A DNA stretch of 64,000 nucleotides from an uncultured Clostridia bacterium (GTDB lineage: Bacteria; Bacillota; Clostridia; TANB77; CAG-508): the NCBI GenBank assembly GCA_944391885.1, contig CALXVE010000001.1, positions 173-64,172 of the forward strand, read 5' to 3'. The notes under the pieces are model-generated. The model had not been told where the DNA came from and ran no database searches. It was given only the letters and a program-made list of their open reading frames with translations. Below are positions 10,701 through 20,358 of this stretch, piece after piece (position 1 is the first letter of the stretch; the number at the start of each line of letters is the position of its first letter). A program made the position numbers and the translations under genes.

Positions 10701-11243
10701 GAAGGTGATGGAAGCGAGCCAGAGCTAGAAAACTATATAAATAACCAAACAAACTTTAGAGATGGACAAAATGTTACATATGCTGGAATTATAACAAGCA
10801 TAAAAAAGAAATATACTAAAAACAATAATTTAATGGCATTTGTTACAGTGGAAGATTTATATGGTCAAGCGGAAATTATAGTGTTTGATAGTTGCTATAG
10901 AAATTGTTCATCTGTATTAATTGATGAAAATATAGTGGTGGTAGAAGGAAGACTAAGTATTAGAGAAGATGAAGAAGCAAAGATTGTAGCCAAAAGCATT
11001 TCTGCTTTTACAGAGGCTAAACACAAAGTTTTTGAACTTGACATTACTAATGCAGATGAAGAAACAAAAGAAAAATTAAGAGGTGCAATACACTTTTTCC
11101 AAGGAGATAAAAATAATATTCAATTACAAATTGTAAATGGTGATAAAGTGGATAAAGCAGGGGGAATATATATTACACCACAAATCCTAAAGCAATTTGA
11201 GGAAATACTAGGTGAAGGAAAAGCAAGCGTTAAGGAAATTTAA
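7743..11243 (+). CDS. dnaE: DNA polymerase III alpha subunit (DnaE)
   Basis: PHP domain N-terminus (HLHIHSEFSLLDGA). The protein is 1166 aa with polymerase core motifs. Confidence 0.95.
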   Translation: MMGSFVHLHIHSEFSLLDGANRIKDLPVRAKELGMDAMAITDHGAMFGAIDFYKSCKANGVKPIIGCEVYVAPRSRFDKDPDLDSRYSHLILLAKDNEGYKNLAKLVSIGYVDGFYYKPRIDHEVLEKYHEGLICLSACLAGEVNQAILENDMEKAKNAALWHKSIFGDDYYLEIQNNGIKEQVLANQKLIELSKKLDIPLVATNDAHYLKKEDAYNHEVLLCIQTGKRMTDEDRMRFDTDELYVKSPEEMSEYFKAVPEAIENTVKIAEKCNVEFEFGHTILPNYDVPPEFSTHYDYLEKLTMDGIKERYGENPSDEIKQRTKYELGVIQKMGYVDYFLIVWDYIHYAKTHDIPVGPGRGSGAGSIVAYAIEITDIDPIQYGLLFERFLNPERISMPDFDVDFCYEKRDRVIEYVEEKYGKDHVSQIITFGTMSARMVIRDVARVLDVPYAEADKLAKMVPNELHITIKKAMEKNKELQDLYDNNGETRNLLDIAMALEGMPRQASTHACGIVITKEPVVNYVPLYARDGVISTQYIMTTLEELGLLKMDFLGLRTLTVIQDTIDLVKKNQRIDVKFDEKMNDPKVYKLWQNGESVGIFQFESQGMTNFMKELKPDCLEDIIAGVSLYRPGPMDQIPRYIANKKDPEHAYYTHPALKPILEVTYGCMVYQEQVMQIVRDLAGYSLGRADLVRRAMGKKKLDVMAKEREIFINGQVDENGNVVVPGCVRNGIDEASANKIFDEMAEFAKYAFNKSHAAAYAVVSYRTAYLKAYYPAEFMAAMLNSFLGNQNKIPEYIEECKRLSIEILKPDINKSDTKFTVDKNQIRFGMGSIKNVGTAAVDEIVAERNKNGEFKDFGDFCERIKNSAVNKKCVESLIKSGSFDNLGHTRKTLIASFENIIDTIANNDKKNFDGQVSMFDIGNTAKEEMKYNYTILPEYDKKELLSMEKEMLGLYISGHPLENIREQLEAKTNINSMDLRQIGNNAEGDGSEPELENYINNQTNFRDGQNVTYAGIITSIKKKYTKNNNLMAFVTVEDLYGQAEIIVFDSCYRNCSSVLIDENIVVVEGRLSIREDEEAKIVAKSISAFTEAKHKVFELDITNADEETKEKLRGAIHFFQGDKNNIQLQIVNGDKVDKAGGIYITPQILKQFEEILGEGKASVKEI

Positions 11244-11251
11244 TGTCGCTT

Positions 11252-11299
11252 TTAGGGACAGTCCCCAAGCTACCACTTTTGTCCTACCTAGGGACAGGT
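11252..11299. repeat. GGGAC-box intergenic repeat (two TAGGGACAG boxes)
   Basis: TAGGGACAGTCCCC ... TAGGGACAGGT lies immediately 3' of dnaE. Related copies are at 26149 and 40496. Confidence 0.5.
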
Positions 11300-11310
11300 T
11301 TAAACAGCAA

Positions 11311-11343
11311 AATAAGGGCATTATAAGTGCCCTTATTTTTTGG
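11311..11343 (+). terminator. Rho-independent terminator of dnaE
   Basis: Hairpin AATAAGGGCA-TTATAAG-TGCCCTTATT followed by TTTTTT. Confidence 0.8.
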
Positions 11344-11448
11344 TCACAGAAAATTTACATTAATTATTTATTAAATACATTGCAAAAAGTTAAAAAGTAA
11401 AATATAATTAAAATGCTAAATTAGATATAAAAAGTAGGAGGAAACTTT

Positions 11449-12150
11449 ATGTCCTATATTGAATTTAAAGATGTAGTAAAAGAATATAAAATGGGTGAAG
11501 TTTCTATAAAAGCATTGAATAAAACCAATTTTGAAATTGAAAAGGGAGAACTTGCAGTTGTTGTAGGTCCTAGTGGTGCAGGAAAAACCACAGCACTTAA
11601 TATTTTAGGCGGTATGGATATTGCTACAAAAGGCAAGGTTATTGTTGATAATAAAGAGATAAGTTCATTAAAGGAAAAACAGCTAATTCAATACCGCAGG
11701 GAAGATATTGGGTTTGTTTTTCAGTTCTATAATTTAGTACAAAACTTAACTGCATTAGAAAATGTAGAACTGGCAACACAAATTTGTAAAAAACCTTTGG
11801 ATCCAAAAACAATTTTAAAAAAAGTTGGACTAGAAGACAGGATGAAAAATTTTCCATCACAATTATCTGGTGGGGAGCAACAAAGGGTGGCTATTGCAAG
11901 AGCAATTGCTAAAAATCCAAAACTATTATTATGTGATGAGCCAACAGGTGCATTAGATTACAAGACAGGAAAACAGATTTTGCAATTATTACAAGATACC
12001 TGCCGAAAAGAAAAAATGACAGTTGTTATAATTACACACAACCAAGCATTAACACCAATGGCAGACAGGGTTATACATTTTAAAAATGGAACAGCATATG
12101 ACATTAAAATAAATGAAAATCCAACACCTATTGAGTATATTGAGTGGTAA
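11449..12150 (+). CDS. ABC transporter ATP-binding protein (FtsE/LolD-like)
   Basis: Walker A motif [12 protein letters not shown] signature LSGGEQQR and Walker B motif [12 protein letters not shown]. Confidence 0.9.
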   Translation: MSYIEFKDVVKEYKMGEVSIKALNKTNFEIEKGELAVVVGPSGAGKTTALNILGGMDIATKGKVIVDNKEISSLKEKQLIQYRREDIGFVFQFYNLVQNLTALENVELATQICKKPLDPKTILKKVGLEDRMKNFPSQLSGGEQQRVAIARAIAKNPKLLLCDEPTGALDYKTGKQILQLLQDTCRKEKMTVVIITHNQALTPMADRVIHFKNGTAYDIKINENPTPIEYIEW

Positions 12151-12205
12151 CTGAGTGGTGAGTGATGGGTGCTGAGTGATGAGAAGTGAGGGGTTGGAGT
12201 AAAAA

Positions 12206-15200
12206 GTGAAAAAGGCTTTGATGAAAGATACCATAAAAGAAATAACACAGAATTTCAAACGATTTATATCCATTTTATTAATCGTTTTATTAGGCGTGGG
12301 ATTTTTTGCTGGAATTAAAGCTACTAGCCCTGATATGAGAAAAACCATAGACAAATATTTTGATGATGAAAATGTTATGGATATTCAAGTGCTTTCAACA
12401 CTTGGTCTAGTAGAAGATGATTTTGAAGCATTAGAAAATGTTGAAGGTGTAGAAAATATTGAAGCAAGCTATTCTACAGATGCTATTGTAAATGGTGATG
12501 ATAAGGAAGTTGTAGTAAAATTAATGTCAGCACCTAAAGATATTAACAAACTTACACTAGTTGAAGGAAAACTTCCAGAAAGCAACAATGAGTGTGTAGT
12601 AGAGCCAAACTTTTTGTTAGGTACTGAGTATAAAATAGGGGATAAAATAACAATTGATGTAGAAGATATACAAAATGAAGATGGAGAAGATCAAGCATTA
12701 CTTAAAGAAACAGAAGTAACAATTGTGGGAACAGTTCGTTCGCCACTATATATTTCTAGTGATAGGGGAAGCACAAAACTAGGCTCTGGCAAAATTAATT
12801 ATTACATGTATATACCACTAGAAAACTTTGATACAGATATTAGAACAGAAGCATATATAACAGTAGCAGGTGCAAAAGACTTAAAAACATATAACAAAAA
12901 CTATGAAGATACAGTTCAAGATGTTCAAGATAGAATAGAAGAAATTTCTGAAGAAAGAAGACAAGAAAGATATCAAGAAATTTATGATGAAGCAAATAAA
13001 AAAATTGAAGATGGACAAAAAGAATTAGATGAACAAAAGGAAAAAGCATATAAAGAAATTTCTAATGCAGAGAAACAAATTGAAGATGCTAAAAAAGAAG
13101 TAGAAAATGGATGGGTAGAATTACAAAATCAAAAAGCTTCTACCCAAAGTCAGCTAGCCCAAGCTAAAAAACAATTAGATGAAGCAGATGAAGAATTAAC
13201 TAGCCAAGAAAAACTATTTGAAGAAGAAAAGAGAGTAGCAGAAACAGAAATATCACAGGCAAAAACACAACTAGAAACATTGGAAAATGTGCAAAAACAG
13301 TATAATACTTTAAATGCTACACTAACTACATTAAATAATAGCCTTAAAGCATTAAATTCACAATTAGAAGTGGAAACCGATGCAGAAAAAATAGAAGAAA
13401 TAAAAATACAAATAACTAAATTACAGGCACAAATTACGCAAATTAATACTGGAATAGAAACAATAAAAGCAGAATTAGAAAAACAAGGAATAAATCTAGA
13501 AAGTCTAGACAAAACAATAAATAGTATTAAAGAGCAAATTTCATCTGGAGAAGAAGAACTAGAAAGTGCAGAGCAAGAACTAAAAAAAGCACGCACAACA
13601 CTCAATACTCAAATTAAAAATTATGAAGCTAATAAAAAAAGTGCTGATAGTGGATTTGCTTCAGCAGAAGCTGAACTAAGCAATGCTGAAAAAGAAATTA
13701 AAGAAAACGAAGAAAAATTAGAAGATGAAAAGAAAAAAGCTGAAGAAGAAATAAAAAAGGCACAAGAGGAATTGGATGATGCCAAAGTTGAATTAGAACA
13801 AATAGAAAAACCGGATTGGTATATTTTAGATAGGGACACAAATGTTGGTTATGTTAGCTATTTACAAGAAACTGACAGAATTGAAAACATTGCAGCAGTT
13901 TTCCCAATAGTGTTTTTTATAGTTGCAGCACTAATTAGTTTAACTTCTATGACCAGGATGATAGAAGAGCAAAGGGGCCAAATAGGAACACTAAAGGCAC
14001 TAGGATATAGAAAAAGGCAGATTGCAAGTAAATACATTATTTATGCTACAGTTTCAACAATTGTAGGTGGACTAATAGGCATGAGTATAGGATTTTATTT
14101 AATTCCTAAAGTTATAAGCGATATGTATGGAATGATGTACATATTACCACCAACTATATTAGAATTTAATATTGAATATGCAATTTTTGGTATGGTAGCA
14201 GCAGGGCTTTGCACAATAGGCTCAACAATTTATAGCTCAGTAAGAACACTAAGAAATACCCCCGCAAGTCTAATGAGACCAAAAGCACCAAAACCAGGAA
14301 AAAGAGTATTTTTAGAAAAAATACCATTTATTTGGAAACATTTAAACTTTACACAAAAAGTAACAGCTAGAAATGTTTTTAGGTATAAAAAGAGATTTCT
14401 AATGACAATTATAGGGGTAACTGGCTGTACTTCATTAATAGTTGCAGGATTTGGGCTTAGAAATGCGGTAGATTCTATGATTCCTGCACAATATGGAGAA
14501 ATTTTTAAATATGATATACAAATGACATTAAAAGATGGGCTAAAACAAAAGGAAATTCAGAAAGCATATGATAAAATTGTAAATACAGCCGAGATAAAAA
14601 ATACTTTAAAGGCAGAAATGCAATCAGTAGAAATTGTTAAAAATGATAATAATCAAGATATTCAGTTGATTGTGCCAGAGGACATAAGCAATTTATCGAA
14701 TTTTATTGTCTTACGCGATAGAAAAGATAAAGAAAAAACATATACTTTAGATGAGCAAGGAATAATTATAACTGAAAAACTTGCTACATTATTAGATCTT
14801 AAAGTAGGAGATACAGTTACAATTAAAGATGCAGATGATGAGGAAGTAAATGCCAGAGTTTCTGCAATTACAGAAAATTATCTATACCACTATATGTATA
14901 TGTCACCAGAATTATATAAAAATTTATACAATGAAGATATGAGACCAAATACAATCCTTGCCTTAACAGATGATTTGAGTGAAGAACAAGAAGATGCATT
15001 GGGAAAACAAATTTTGCAAGATGATAATATTGCAAGTATAGTTTTTACATCTGTAAGTGAAGGTATTTTTGAAGACGTAATGAATAATATGACATTGGTA
15101 GTTTGGATTTTGATAATTGCAGCAGGATTACTAGTATTAGTTGTATTATATAATTTATCTAATACAAATATTAGTGAGAGAATTAGAGAACTTGCAACAA

Positions 15201-15490
15201 TAAAAGTTCTAGGTTTTTATGATAAGGAAGTATATGACTATGTAGGGCATGAGACAATTATACTAACAGCAATAGGAATACTTGTTGGTTTAATAGGCGG
15301 AAACTTTTTAACAACATTTATAATTAAAACCTGTGAACTAGATATATTGATGTTTAACCCATACATACCAGCATCATGCTATATATATGGAATTCTTATA
15401 ACTGCTGTTTTTGCACTAATTGTAAATATTACAACATATTTTACTCTAAAGAAAATTAATATGATAGAGAGTTTAAAAAGCGTAGAATAA
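12206..15490 (+). CDS. ABC transporter permease with two FtsX domains and a ~400-aa coiled-coil insertion
   Basis: GTG start. There is an N-terminal TM helix, a MacB-like extracellular domain, a long Q/E/K-rich coiled coil, then two FtsX 4-TM modules. Confidence 0.8.
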   Translation: MKKALMKDTIKEITQNFKRFISILLIVLLGVGFFAGIKATSPDMRKTIDKYFDDENVMDIQVLSTLGLVEDDFEALENVEGVENIEASYSTDAIVNGDDKEVVVKLMSAPKDINKLTLVEGKLPESNNECVVEPNFLLGTEYKIGDKITIDVEDIQNEDGEDQALLKETEVTIVGTVRSPLYISSDRGSTKLGSGKINYYMYIPLENFDTDIRTEAYITVAGAKDLKTYNKNYEDTVQDVQDRIEEISEERRQERYQEIYDEANKKIEDGQKELDEQKEKAYKEISNAEKQIEDAKKEVENGWVELQNQKASTQSQLAQAKKQLDEADEELTSQEKLFEEEKRVAETEISQAKTQLETLENVQKQYNTLNATLTTLNNSLKALNSQLEVETDAEKIEEIKIQITKLQAQITQINTGIETIKAELEKQGINLESLDKTINSIKEQISSGEEELESAEQELKKARTTLNTQIKNYEANKKSADSGFASAEAELSNAEKEIKENEEKLEDEKKKAEEEIKKAQEELDDAKVELEQIEKPDWYILDRDTNVGYVSYLQETDRIENIAAVFPIVFFIVAALISLTSMTRMIEEQRGQIGTLKALGYRKRQIASKYIIYATVSTIVGGLIGMSIGFYLIPKVISDMYGMMYILPPTILEFNIEYAIFGMVAAGLCTIGSTIYSSVRTLRNTPASLMRPKAPKPGKRVFLEKIPFIWKHLNFTQKVTARNVFRYKKRFLMTIIGVTGCTSLIVAGFGLRNAVDSMIPAQYGEIFKYDIQMTLKDGLKQKEIQKAYDKIVNTAEIKNTLKAEMQSVEIVKNDNNQDIQLIVPEDISNLSNFIVLRDRKDKEKTYTLDEQGIIITEKLATLLDLKVGDTVTIKDADDEEVNARVSAITENYLYHYMYMSPELYKNLYNEDMRPNTILALTDDLSEEQEDALGKQILQDDNIASIVFTSVSEGIFEDVMNNMTLVVWILIIAAGLLVLVVLYNLSNTNISERIRELATIKVLGFYDKEVYDYVGHETIILTAIGILVGLIGGNFLTTFIIKTCELDILMFNPYIPASCYIYGILITAVFALIVNITTYFTLKKINMIESLKSVE

Positions 15491-15528
15491 AAAGAAAGGA
15501 GATTTCGTATTTATACGAATATAACAAT

Positions 15529-17166
15529 ATGAAAATACAATTAAATGGACAAACAAAAGAAATAGATGAAAATAAAACAATTGCACAACTATTTAAAACA
15601 GAAATTGAGTCAGATGACACTATTATTGCGTGCAATTGTAATAATGAAATTAAAAGCTTAAATTATATACCAAAAGAAAATGACAATATTAATTTTGTAA
15701 ATACATTGGTAAGTGATGGAAGAAAAATATATATTAGAGGACTTTTATATATAATGAGTAAAGCTTTTTGCGAGTGTTACCCAGAGGCGCTGCTTTCTGT
15801 AAATTACCAATTAACAAATGCAATGTATTGTGAAATAGACAATATGGAATTAACACAGGAAATGATAAAAAATGTTGGAACTAAAATGAAAGAAATTGTA
15901 AAAGCCAACTTGCCAATAAAAAAAGTGGAAATGACAAAAGAAGAAGCAGAAAAATTTTATGAAAAAGAAAAGACCCTAAGGGGAATATTACAATTAGATA
16001 ATAAGGAAAAAGAAGAAGTTTCTTTGTATTTTTGTGAAGAATATTACAACTATTTTTATGGAGCAATGCCAATAAGTACAGGTTTTATACGTGTATTTGA
16101 AATATTACCATATAATGATGGATTTATAATTAGATATCCAAGCAAAAGAAATCCACATGAATTGGAAAAAGGAACTGCTAGTAAAAAAATGGTTGCTACA
16201 TTGGATGAATACAAAGATATTCACAGAATACTAAATATAAATACTATATATAAACTAAACAAACAAATTACAAGTGGAAATGCAGCAGAGTTAGTTTTAC
16301 TTGCAGAAGCGTTGCATGAAAAGAAAATTTCAGATATTGCAGATAATATAGTAAAAAGAAGGGGAGTAAAAGTTATACTAATTGCAGGTCCATCATCTTC
16401 TGGAAAAACAACATTTGCTAAAAGACTTGGAATACAATTAAGGCTAAATGGCTTAAAACCAGTTACCATATCTGTTGATAATTATTTTGTAGAAAGAAAA
16501 GATACTCCGCTAGACGAAAATGGAAAATATGATTTTGAGTGTTTAGAAGCAATTGATTTAAAATTATTTAATGACCATTTAAATGCTCTATTAAATGGAG
16601 AAGAAATTTTGTGCCCTACTTTTGATTTTAAATTAGGTACAAAACAATATAATGGAGAAAAAATGAAGTTAGCAGATGATGAAATACTTGTTATAGAAGG
16701 TATTCACTGCCTAAATGACAAACTAACAGAATCTATTCCAAAAGATAAGAAATATAAAATATATATAAGTGCATTAACAGTGCTTAATATTGACTATTAT
16801 AACAGAATTTCTACAACAGATAGTAGATTAATGAGAAGGATGGTAAGAGACCACAATTTTAGAGGATACAGCGCATTACATACTCTGCAAATATGGGATT
16901 CTGTAAATAGAGGGGAAGAAAAGCACATATTCCCATTTCAAGAGCAAAGTGATAGTATGTTCAATACTTCACTTATATATGAAATTTGTGTGCTAAAAAA
17001 ATATTTAATGCCATTATTAGCACAAATAGATAATACACACCCAGAATATTCAGAAGCAAAACGTTTACATGAATTTTTAAAATATTTTGAGGATATTGAT
17101 GATAAATATGTTCCAGAAAATTCTTTATTAAGAGAATTCATTGGTGGAAGTGTTTTTGAATATTAG
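15529..17166 (+). CDS. Uridine-kinase-family nucleoside kinase with an N-terminal TGS/ubiquitin-like domain
   Basis: P-loop motif AGPSSSGKTT in the C-terminal half. The 545-aa architecture is common in clostridia. Confidence 0.7.
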   Translation: MKIQLNGQTKEIDENKTIAQLFKTEIESDDTIIACNCNNEIKSLNYIPKENDNINFVNTLVSDGRKIYIRGLLYIMSKAFCECYPEALLSVNYQLTNAMYCEIDNMELTQEMIKNVGTKMKEIVKANLPIKKVEMTKEEAEKFYEKEKTLRGILQLDNKEKEEVSLYFCEEYYNYFYGAMPISTGFIRVFEILPYNDGFIIRYPSKRNPHELEKGTASKKMVATLDEYKDIHRILNINTIYKLNKQITSGNAAELVLLAEALHEKKISDIADNIVKRRGVKVILIAGPSSSGKTTFAKRLGIQLRLNGLKPVTISVDNYFVERKDTPLDENGKYDFECLEAIDLKLFNDHLNALLNGEEILCPTFDFKLGTKQYNGEKMKLADDEILVIEGIHCLNDKLTESIPKDKKYKIYISALTVLNIDYYNRISTTDSRLMRRMVRDHNFRGYSALHTLQIWDSVNRGEEKHIFPFQEQSDSMFNTSLIYEICVLKKYLMPLLAQIDNTHPEYSEAKRLHEFLKYFEDIDDKYVPENSLLREFIGGSVFEY

Positions 17167-17182
17167 AAAAATGAGGTAAGAT

Positions 17183-17491
17183 ATGGGAAGAAAATTTACA
17201 GAAATAGATGAAGAATTTATTTGTGAAAATTGTGGAAATAAAGTAGAACCACTAGGATATACATGTAGGGACCATTGCAATAATTGCCTATGTTCAAAAC
17301 ATGTGGATATAAACCCAGGCGATAGAGAAGAAACATGCCATGGACTCTTAGAACCTATTAGGGTAGAATTAGATAGCAAAAAGGGCTATGTAATTATTTA
17401 TCGTTGCAAAAAATGTGGGGCAATTCGTAAAAATAAGGCAGCAAATGATGATAATATGGATTTAATAATAGAGCTAACAACCAGGCAATAA
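17183..17491 (+). CDS. RNHCP domain protein (small Cys-rich zinc-ribbon protein)
   Basis: CENCG, RDHCNNC and CKKCG motifs in a 102-aa protein. Confidence 0.65.
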   Translation: MGRKFTEIDEEFICENCGNKVEPLGYTCRDHCNNCLCSKHVDINPGDREETCHGLLEPIRVELDSKKGYVIIYRCKKCGAIRKNKAANDDNMDLIIELTTRQ

Positions 17492-17510
17492 ATTGCCTGG
17501 TTGTTAGTTC
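17479..17510. terminator. Bidirectional terminator between the RNHCP gene and the convergent U32 peptidase gene
   Basis: Hairpin AACCAGGCAAT-AA-ATTGCCTGGTT plus a T-rich tail. Confidence 0.6.
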
Positions 17511-19962
17511 TATCTATATAAATTTCCATTTGTATATTGTGGACCTTCTAGTTTTTCGCGTATATATGCCTTATCAATTGCCTCATTTATTTCATCAATT
17601 GTCTCATCTATCATATCCAAACGTACAGAGGTAATAGGTAAATTCTTAGTGCTTATAGATAGTGTTTTGCTATTGCAAATTATTGTAACAGTTTGTATGC
17701 TGTCTGGTATAATTCTAAATTTAAAGCCAAGCCTATCTTTTAAATAATATTTATAATCTTTTTTGCAGTTGGCACCACAATCTGGGTAGCAGTGGTTGGT
17801 TTTGCCTAAAAAGCAATAGTTTGTAGCCATAATAGGTAAGTTTCCATATACAATTAATTCAGAGTCGATATTAGATGTTCTTAATATTTCATTTAAGCCT
17901 TCTTCATTTAATTCACGTGATAATGTAACACAATTTAATCCAAGCTCTTTGTATTCTTCCATAGTGTAATTATTAAAAACATTTAATGAGTAATTTCCAA
18001 TCAAATCATATTTGCCCTTGTATTTTTCTAAAAATTTAAAGTCAGCAATATTTGAAAGCACAAATCCTTTAACAGAAAATCTTGAAGTAATATCATCCAA
18101 GGAATTTAATATGATATTTTTGTAATTAGACTTTATAATGGTTGGCAAATAAATATATATATTATTATGCTCTGATAAATAATCAATAATATCTACATAA
18201 TTTTTATTAACAAAAAGTTTTAATGCTAAGTAAATTCTAGAAATCTTATCATGTTCTAATTTAGTATAATCATAATCAGTAAATAAATGCCTTAAAGATA
18301 AAGAGATTTTTGGATGTGCCAATTTTGGAATATATGTAATAGTATCTTCATGCTCAAAAGTAATTTCGGGCGGTTTTCTAAAAACTCTTTTTTCAACTTC
18401 TTTTTCCAATTTTTCAATTGCATTTCTGCGTAGTTCATTTAAACTACTAATACTTGGAACATAAAGTCCATCGTCTAAATAAACAGTGACATTTTCAAAG
18501 GTATATGGGGTGTTATTAGTCTTAGAAATCTGCTTAATAATTCTTTCAACACTAGTTGGTGTTTTTAAAGCATCAACAGGAACAACATTTGAAACAGTTT
18601 CTATTTTAATATTGTGATAAATGCCAGAAGGATGAGCATCATTTGTAGTAAATAATTCCATTTTAATAGGTTCATCTTTTTTTATTGTAATATTACAGCT
18701 AATAGGAATTTTTTTATTCTCACAATTAATATATGAAATGCGGGCTTGTTCCATAAGCTTTTTGCTTGTCACTTTATAAACCTTACAACCAATTTTAATT
18801 TTACCCTTCATCCTGCCAATAGTAACCCTAGTTCTGGCATTTGCAGTTTTAATATTTTCATTATTATACATTAACTCAGAGACAAGATATGTAGAGTTCT
18901 CAGTTTCTAGGCTAATGGAATCACCTATATCAAGAGGAGTTTCTAAATTAATGGTAATATATCCTTTTCTAGAATTATATTTCTCAACAGTACCAATATA
19001 AATGCCAATATGATTAGGCTTATCTTTAAAAACAAAACCTCTATTAGGGTTAACACCAAGATGCCCACTAGAAAAACCACCACGATTGAAAATTTGCATT
19101 AAATCTGCAATATCCTTATCATCAATAATATATTCCCTACCACTTAGTGCCATATCAATATATTTTCTATAAATTCTAGTAACAGTTGCAACATATTCAG
19201 GATTTTTCATGCGACCTTCCATTTTAAAGCATTTTACACCTGCATTAATCAGACGTGGAATATATGCAAGACCACATAAATCCTTTGGACTAAGCATATA
19301 ACCTTTATCCAATACTTTGCTTTTCTCAGATTGACCGTTTATTACTTACTGCCAATAATTCATATGGTAGCCTACAAGGGGCAGCACACTGACCACGATT
19401 TCCGTGAACGACCACCAACCGCACTAGAAAATAGGCATTGCCCAGAATAACATATACATAATGCGCCATGTATAAAAGTTTCTATCTCAACATTTGTATT
19501 ATGACAAATATATTCGATTTCATCAATAGAAAGTTCCCTGGCAAGAACAACCCTTTTAAAACCTAATTTTTCTAATTCTAAAACACCTTGCAAATTATGT
19601 GCAGTCATCTGTGTACTTGCATGAATTGGCAAATCTGGAAAATTATCAATTAAATATTTAGCCAACCCTAAATCCTGCACAATAATAGCATCAATTCCAA
19701 ATTCATAAGCTTTTTGCGCTAACTTAACAGCATCTTCAAACTCTGAGTTTTTAATTAAAGTATTTAAAGCTAAATGTGTTTTTACATTTCTAAGTTTGCA
19801 ATACATAATTGCATCTTTTAAAGAATTTTCATTAATATTTGTCGCATAAATTCTAGCATTAAATTTATCAACACCAAAATATACACTATCAGCACCATTT
19901 TGTACTGCTGCTTTTAAACAATCTAAATCTCCTGCCGGAGCCAAAAGTTCAACCTTAGGCAT
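17510..19962 (-). pseudogene. Peptidase U32 (collagenase-like, PrtC family) interrupted by two +1 frameshifts
   Basis: The N-terminal part is the 19372-19962 ORF and the C-terminal part is the 17510-19312 ORF. Between them, the conserved GNRGQCAAPCRLPYEL segment reads only in a third frame. Deleting the coding-strand C in tcaCgga (near 19404) and in aaaCggt (near 19337) restores one continuous U32 protein. Confidence 0.75.
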
Positions 19963-20063
19963 AAAAACCTCCGCTAAAAAATATTAACCTTTATTATTGT
20001 AACACAAAATTTATATTTTGCATACTATGTAATAATATTATTCAAGAGAAGGAGGAAAATGAA

Positions 20064-20225
20064 ATGCCAGAAGAAAGAGATTGTGGTTGCGGATGTGGAC
20101 GCAATAATAACTGTGGTTGTTTTGGAAATTTATTTGGGGGTTCAGGATGCGGTGATAATAGCATACTATTCTTTATACTAATATTCTTACTACTATTTAC
20201 AAACTGTGGATGCTGTAATAGATAA
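20064..20225 (+). CDS. YjcZ-family small sporulation protein (Cys/Gly-rich tiny TM protein); absent from the ORF track
   Basis: The 53-aa peptide is MPEERDCGCGCGRNNNCGCFGNLFGGSGCGDNSILFFILIFLLLFTNCGCCNR. A GGAGG RBS lies 8 nt upstream. It has CG-repeat ends and a hydrophobic core like the tiny_TM_bacill / YjcZ family. Confidence 0.6.
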   Translation: MPEERDCGCGCGRNNNCGCFGNLFGGSGCGDNSILFFILIFLLLFTNCGCCNR

Positions 20226-20253
20226 TCAAAACTTTTTCGTTTTTTTTAGATTT

Positions 20254-20282
20254 TAATTGACTAGAAAATTTATTAGTGTTAT
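20254..20282 (+). promoter_or_regulatory. Sigma-A-type promoter upstream of the glucosaminidase-dockerin gene
   Basis: TTGACT, a 17-nt spacer, then TATACT. Confidence 0.5.
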
Positions 20283-20358
20283 ACTTATTTTGTTGAAAAA
20301 TGTCACAAACGAGGAGGAAAAAAATCCAATTCATTTTTGAAAAGGAGATTTGATATAT

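Noticed and set aside
11212-11400. 62-aa ORF overlapping the end of dnaE
   Set aside because: It runs through the GGGAC repeat and the dnaE terminator hairpin, has no RBS, and its low-complexity translation is implausible.
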